Shown here piece by piece: positions 39,170-45,016 of a DNA stretch of 45,016 nucleotides. The stretch covers positions 186,555 to 231,570 of the forward strand of contig PS015071.1 of assembly GCA_048213135.1 (NCBI GenBank), read 5' to 3'. The stretch is from Reclinomonas americana ATCC 50394 (taxonomy: Eukaryota). The notes beneath the pieces are model-generated. The model did not search any database, had not been told where the DNA came from, and was given only the letters and a program-made list of their open reading frames with translations. The number at the start of each line of letters is the position of its first letter. Position 1 is the first letter of the stretch. A program made the position numbers and the translations under genes.

Positions 39170-39508
39170 TCAGCCCCACGTTGCTGGCGAGGCCAATGCA
39201 GCGTCAACGTCGCGCTGAGTCGGCGCCTGCATAGATGGCGGCAACTCACTCTGTGCCTTTGTTGCCACTGGCAGCTCTTGCACTTGCACCTGCTGCTGCT
39301 GTTGTTGATAGCGAAACGAGTCGTACCACAGCTGTCGAAGCCGCCGATGTGTCGCACTCTCTGTTGTCACACACAATGAGCGAAATTGATGTGTGTGTGT
39401 GCACACGGACATGCACAAAACGCAACGAAGATGCTGCTGCCGCGCTATCGCCACATCCGCAAAGCTCCGATTGCAGTACTCACAGTGCCACTTGGGGCGG
39501 CCGCGCAT
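39170..39508 (-). CDS. ZMAT5: ZMAT5 / U11-U12 snRNP 20 kDa protein homolog (matrin/U1-type zinc finger)
   Basis: After removing a 66-nt intron (39426-39361): MRGRPKWHCEYCNRSFADVAIARQQHLQSATHRRLRQLWYDSFR...ELPPSMQAP...ATWG. This matches the recalled ZMAT5 hallmarks CxxCxRSFxD..R..HL..H..WYDxFR and the C-terminal LPPS...WG. Confidence 0.8.
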   Translation of the reverse strand: MRGRPKWHCEYCNRSFADVAIARQQHLRCVLCMSVCTHTHQFRSLCVTTESATHRRLRQLWYDSFRYQQQQQQVQVQELPVATKAQSELPPSMQAPTQRDVDAALASPATWG

Positions 39509-40837
39509 CGACCACGCAACACAAAGCGAGACAGTGATCCATGCTCGCCGCGCATCCATTGTCAATTGTCACTGCATTTTTTTGCGCGCATTCACGGGAG
39601 TGTCTGCTTCCCCCCACTCCCCCCTTACTTTCGTTATCCCCATATCGCTATCCCGTTACACCACCATCATCTAGTGGGAAGACAATATGATTCGCGGTGA
39701 GTGGCAAGTGGAGTTTGAGGGTTGCACATTTTCCTCCCCCACATGCGCACACACGCACGCACACACACGCGCTCGCCTTCCTCATTCGTTTGTGTCATGC
39801 TGAATGGGCGCAGGAGGCGTCGAGTACAGCGACGACGCTGTGGCCAGCCTGCGTGTTGCGTGAACAAAAACTTTGTGGTTCTGTGATTCCTGCAATTTGA
39901 GCTGCATCACTTACATGCACACACACACACGNNNNNNNNNNNNNNNNNNNNNNNNNNNNNNNNNNNNNNNNNNNNNNNNNNNNNNNNNNNNNNNNNNNNN
40001 NNNNNNNNNNNNNNNNNNNNNNNNNNNNNNNNNNNNNNNNNNNNNNNNNNNNNNNNNNNNNNNNNNNNNNNNNNNNNNNNNNNNNNNNNNNNNNNNNNNN
40101 NNNNNNNNNNNNNNNNNNNNNNNNNNNNNNNNNNNNNNNNNNNNNNNNNNNNNNNNNNNNNNNNNNNNNNNNNNNNNNNNNNNNNNNNNNNNNNNNNNNN
40201 NNNNNNNNNNNNNNNNNNNNNNNNNNNNNNNNNNNNNNNNNNNNNNNNNNNNNNNNNNNNNNNNNNNNNNNNNNNNNNNNNNNNNNNNNNNNNNNNNNNN
40301 NNNNNNNNNNNNNNNNNNNNNNNNNNNNNNNNNNNNNNNNNNNNNNNNNNNNNNNNNNNNNNNNNNNNNNNNNNNNNNNNNNNNNNNNNNNNNNNNNNNN
40401 NNNNNNNNNNNNNNNNNNNNNNNNNNNNNNNNNNNNNNNNNNNNNNNNNNNNNNNNNNNNNNNNNNNNNNNNNNNNNNNNNNNNNNNNNNNNNNNNNNNN
40501 NNNNNNNNNNNNNNNNNNNNNNNNNNNNNNNNNNNNNNNNNNNNNNNNNNNNNNNNNNNNNNNNNNNNNNNNNNNNNNNNNNNNNNNNNNNNNNNNNNNN
40601 NNNNNNNNNNNNNNNNNNNNNNNNNNNNNNNNNNNNNNNNNNNNNNNNNNNNNNNNNNNNNNNNNNNNNNNNNNNNNNNNNNNNNNNNNNNNNNNNNNNN
40701 NNNNNNNNNNNNNNNNNNNNNNNNNNNNNNNNNNNNNNNNNNNNNNNNNNNNNNNNNNNNNNNNNNNNNNNNNNNNNNNNNNNNNNNNNNNNNNNNNNNN
40801 NNNNNNNNNNNNNNNNNNNNNNNNNNNNNNNNNNNNT

Positions 40838-43800
40838 CTGAGTCGCCACCAACCTCGGTAATCTCCTTGGTGCGGACGCAGAGGCAGCCAATGATGGAGC
40901 ACAGAATGCCACCAGCGGACAGGAAGAACGGAGCGGCGATACCGGCGGTGCCAAACATCTTGCCGCCAATGGTGGCAGCGGCGATGATGGAGCCGACGTA
41001 CGACTCGAACAGATCGGCACCCATACCAGCGACATCACCGACATTGTCACCGACATTGTCGGCAATCGTGCCAGGGTTGCGCGGGTCGTCCTCCGGCAGG
41101 CCGGACTCGACCTTGCCGACCAAATCAGAGCCGACATCGGCGGCCTTGGTGAAGATACCACCACCCACACGGGCGAACAGGGCGATCGAAGAGGCGCCAA
41201 AGCCGAAGCCGGCCAGCACGTTGACGTCGCGGAAAATCAGGTAAATGATGGAGAGCATGACCAGACCGAGACCCGTCACCGACAAGCCCATGACGGAGCC
41301 GCCAGCGAACGACACCTTCAGGCCCTGGTTGAGGCCGAGCACAGCGGCAGCAGCCGTACGCACTGGTGGGGGGTGGAGAACGAGAGGTGAGTCAAGGGTA
41401 GAAGGAAAAACTAGGTAGTGGTGAGGGAAAAGGGAACGCACCATTGGCGCGGACGGCAATGAGCATGCCCATGAAGCCGCAGAGAGCCGAGGTCATGGCG
41501 CCGACGACGAACACAAAGGCGGTGGCCCACGACTTGACTTGCACAATCAGGCCGAGGATGATGAAGACGACGGCGACGAAAATCGACAGGAACAAGAACT
41601 CGGTCTTCAGGAACGAGGCAGCGCCAGTCTGAATCTCCTTCGAGATGTCAATCATCTTGCCCTGCACAGCAGCGAGTGAGACCAACCATATACACATGCG
41701 CGGAGAAACATGCATGAAACAAACCAGCTTGTGGCGATCCTCAGAGTCGAGGCGGGTGGCGATCTCGGGGCTCATGACCTTGAAGTTGAGCACCTTGAAG
41801 CCAAGCAGACCGACAAAGATCAGAGCGAGCGAGCCGGCGCCAACTGCCACGCAGATGGCCACCAACGGGACTGGAGAAAGACAAAGGGGGAAAAGAAATT
41901 TGTGAGCGGCCATGTCCATGGGGCACACTCGACACAAGCAAATGGGTGACGCAACACTTCAGGCGGGCATTGACAAACTGCTCGTAGCCGTAGTCGCTCG
42001 TCCTGTGTCGATGATGATGATGAAGATGAGAACAAAGAGGGGGACACGCGTGTGCGTGCGTGTGCAAACAAAAACGCAACATGTCGTTGAAGTTGGCCGT
42101 GTCGACAAAGCCGCCGCCGACCACACCAGTGGCGATAATGGCCACCAGCTACACACACACGACAGGCACACCAGAGCAGGCAAGTGAGTTTTCCTCGCAC
42201 ACTTGCAGTTGAGCAAGCAAAATGCACAGCAAGCGGCTTAGTTGTCCGCGATGCTCACCAGCAGAATGCAGCCGACAATGGCCGTGATAAAGAGCGGTGT
42301 GCGACCAGAGCGGTCCTCCTGCGCTGTGTCAAGCTGCANNNNNNNNNNNNNNNNNNNNAACACACCGGGCACGACGAAATCCACGCGCGATCGCGTCCGT
42401 GGCACTGGCTCAGTTACCTCCGCCGACGGGTGTCCGTGAACGTCGGCCTGGCGAACATTCGACTGCAGACCGGCCATGATGCGACCCTCCAACGCCATGC
42501 TCATTCGCTTCACACCACCTTCTGTGCTGACGACTGCGACGGGGACGAATAAGCGGAGAGACGAGTGCCGGCGTAACAAATTATACGCAACCTTCTTGCA
42601 CTCGGCCAGCAGCTGGAGAAGAGGGCTCGGAATTTGGCGCAGGCGCAGCCGGCGCTGCAGCTGCGGTGACGGGTGGTACATCGGGATACGCGGGCAAGGC
42701 CAGACCAGCGAGCGGAGCCGCGGCTGGCGTCGCTTCCGGGGCTGCCGGGGGTGCCACGACAGGTGCCGCGACAGGCGCCACTGCCGGCGCAGCTTCAACA
42801 GCCTTGGGTGGTGGCGGCGGTGGTGGGGCCGGACGACGTGCAGGCGGAACAGCGATGCCGTTGTTGGTATTCGTAGGCGATGTGATGGGGGTGGTGGAGG
42901 CACTGGAGGGCACCGACGGCGGCGCACTGGCGCTGCTGTTGATGGGCGTCGACACTGCAGTCACCGACGGACGCGTTGTGTCCATGTAGTAGCGGAACTC
43001 GTCCAGCAGCGCGTCAATCAGCGTCTTGCTCTCCTCGACGACCTCACGCAGCGGCCGCGCTGGCGCACCACGAGCCGCCGAGCGCATCAAGTGCGACACT
43101 GTCGTCTGGTCGATGCGATCACGGAACTGCTTCACATCCGTGACAAACATCTCCAGCGTGCGCAGCTGCGCACCCAGCTGGGCCGGTGCCTGCGCCAGTG
43201 TCTCCTCCTCAAAGAACTCATGCCGCAGCTCTACATGCATCGACGAAGGGCGATGAGCACAGCACGAACACCAGTGACGAGCAGCGCGCACAAACAACGC
43301 AACGACGCGTGAGCGACAGCGTGCGACCCGGTTGAGGGCTCTCCGCCGGCCGACGCGCCGCCGCCGTCGCCGCCGCAGTCGCCGACGCGCGTGTCACATC
43401 CGAGCTGCGCAGTCGCACCACCGAATGCATGTGTGTGTGAGCAACAACAGTTCACCGCCAACACTTGGTGTGAGTGAATTGCAACACACACACCGAGCCT
43501 CAGCCTCCGCCGCCGCCTCCTCTTCCTCTTGCCGTTGCGCCTCGGCAAACACACGCGCCGCCTCCTCCGCAGGCACAGGCTCCGGCAGAGGCGAGTCTGT
43601 GCGCGCCACAGGCACCGGCACGTCCTCGTAGGCCGCAGGCGAGCCAACTGCATCAGCAACAACAAGCATGAGCATGAGGTCACGCAAAACGCGGAGAAAT
43701 AATCACAGCGCGACGGTCTTCTCCGCAANNNNNNNNNNNNNNNNNNNNNNNNNNNNNNNNNNNNNNNNNNNNNNNNNNNNNNNNNNNNNNNNNNNNNNNN

Positions 43801-45016
43801 NNNNNNNNNNNNNNNNNNNNNNNNNNNNNNNNNNNNNNNNNNNNNNNNNNNNNNNNNNNNNNNNNNNNNNNNNNNNNNNNNNNNNNNNNNNNNNNNNNNN
43901 NNNNNNNNNNNNNNNNNNNNNNNNNNNNNNNNNNNNNNNNNNNNNNNNNNNNNNNNNNNNNNNNNNNNNNNNNNNNNNNNNNNNNNNNNNNNNNNNNNNN
44001 NNNNNNNNNNNNNNNNNNNNNNNNNNNNNNNNNNNNNNNNNNNNNNNNNNNNNNNNNNNNNNNNNNNNNNNNNNNNNNNNNNNNNNNNNNNNNNNNNNNN
44101 NNNNNNNNNNNNNNNNNNNNNNNNNNNNNNNNNNNNNNNNNNNNNNNNNNNNNNNNNNNNNNNNNNNNNNNNNNNNNNNNNNNNNNNNNNNNNNNNNNNN
44201 NNNNNNNNNNNNNNNNNNNNNNNNNNNNNNNNNNNNNNNNNNNNNNNNNNNNNNNNNNNNNNNNNNNNNNNNNNNNNNNNNNNNNNNNNNNNNNNNNNNN
44301 NNNNNNNNNNNNNNNNNNNNNNNNNNNNNNNNNNNNNNNNNNNNNNNNNNNNNNNNNNNNNNNNNNNNNNNNNNNNNNNNNNNNNNNNNNNNNNNNNNNN
44401 NNNNNNNNNNNNNNNNNNNNNNNNNNNNNNNNNNNNNNNNNNNNNNNNNNNNNNNNNNNNNNNNNNNNNNNNNNNNNNNNNNNNNNNNNNNNNNNNNNNN
44501 NNNNNNNNNNNNNNNNNNNNNNNNNNNNNNNNNNNNNNNNNNNNNNNNNNNNNNNNNNNNNNNNNNNNNNNNNNNNNNNNNNNNNNNNNNNNNNNNNNNN
44601 NNNNNNNNNNNNNNNNNNNNNNNNNNNNNNNNNNNNNNNNNNNNNNNNNNNNNNNNNNNNNNNNNNNNNNNNNNNNNNNNNNNNNNNNNNNNNGGGAGAG
44701 AGAGAGCGCGAGAGCGAGGGCCGTGTGTGTGCGCGCGACATGAGCATGCCCAACTCACCTCCCGCACCAGTGACCTTGTGCGCGTCATGCTCATGATGCG
44801 TCTCCTTCTTCTCCCCATCGCCGTCCACCTTGCCCTGCTGATCCTCCTCCTCGTCCTCCTCCTCGTCATCATCATCATCGTACTCATGCGCATCGACTGC
44901 AACCACTGCAGCTGCACTGCCACTGCCCGCTGGTAATGACGCGCGCTGATTGGAGGTGGTCAGCGCCCCCGCCGCGCCCAACGTCTCCGCCAAACCGCCC
45001 AAAAGTGCCGAGGCCG
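40838..45016 (-). CDS. Membrane-integral (vacuolar-type) H+/Na+-translocating pyrophosphatase, partial, with a long putative N-terminal extension
   Basis: The core (40838-~41870) has [31 protein letters not shown] and [31 protein letters not shown]. Upstream exons splice in frame back to ~43650 and probably to the window end. The C-terminal half lies in a gap. Confidence 0.85.

Noticed and set aside
39680-39931. Possible last exons of the PPase after the gap
   Set aside because: Splice-like signals are present but no recognisable PPase C-terminal motif, so I could not assign them.

Overview
This is a eukaryotic, probably protist, draft-genome window. It is gene-dense and very intron-rich: I traced roughly 100 spliceosomal introns by hand, most 50-100 nt, using the standard genetic code, and there are many N gaps and microsatellites. 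Ten genes can be reconstructed: (1) a 5'-truncated giant modular extracellular protein with Ig/IPT-like repeats, two FN3-like domains each interrupted by an NHL propeller, and an H-lectin-like C-terminus; (2) a hypothetical helical protein; (3) a secreted C39-like Cys peptidase; (4) an RCC1-repeat protein with a likely mitochondrial presequence; (5) an active rhomboid protease; (6) a 77-aa small protein; (7) an M20 aminoacylase-1; (8) a large secreted Ig-like/H-lectin-like/EGF/Asp-box-propeller protein partly paralogous to gene 1; (9) a ZMAT5 (U11/U12-20K) homolog; (10) a membrane H+-pyrophosphatase apparently carrying a ~480-aa N-terminal extension. The most striking signal is in the splice code. 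About one in five donors (22 traced) has a +1-shifted consensus GTT-NN-G(T) (GTTGCGT, GTTGAGT, GTTTCGT, GTTGTGT, GTTTTGT) instead of the usual GT-NN-G(T), almost always where the exon does not end in G. GC-AG introns are also present, and intergenic spacers are extremely short. All gene models are manual and lack transcript support.
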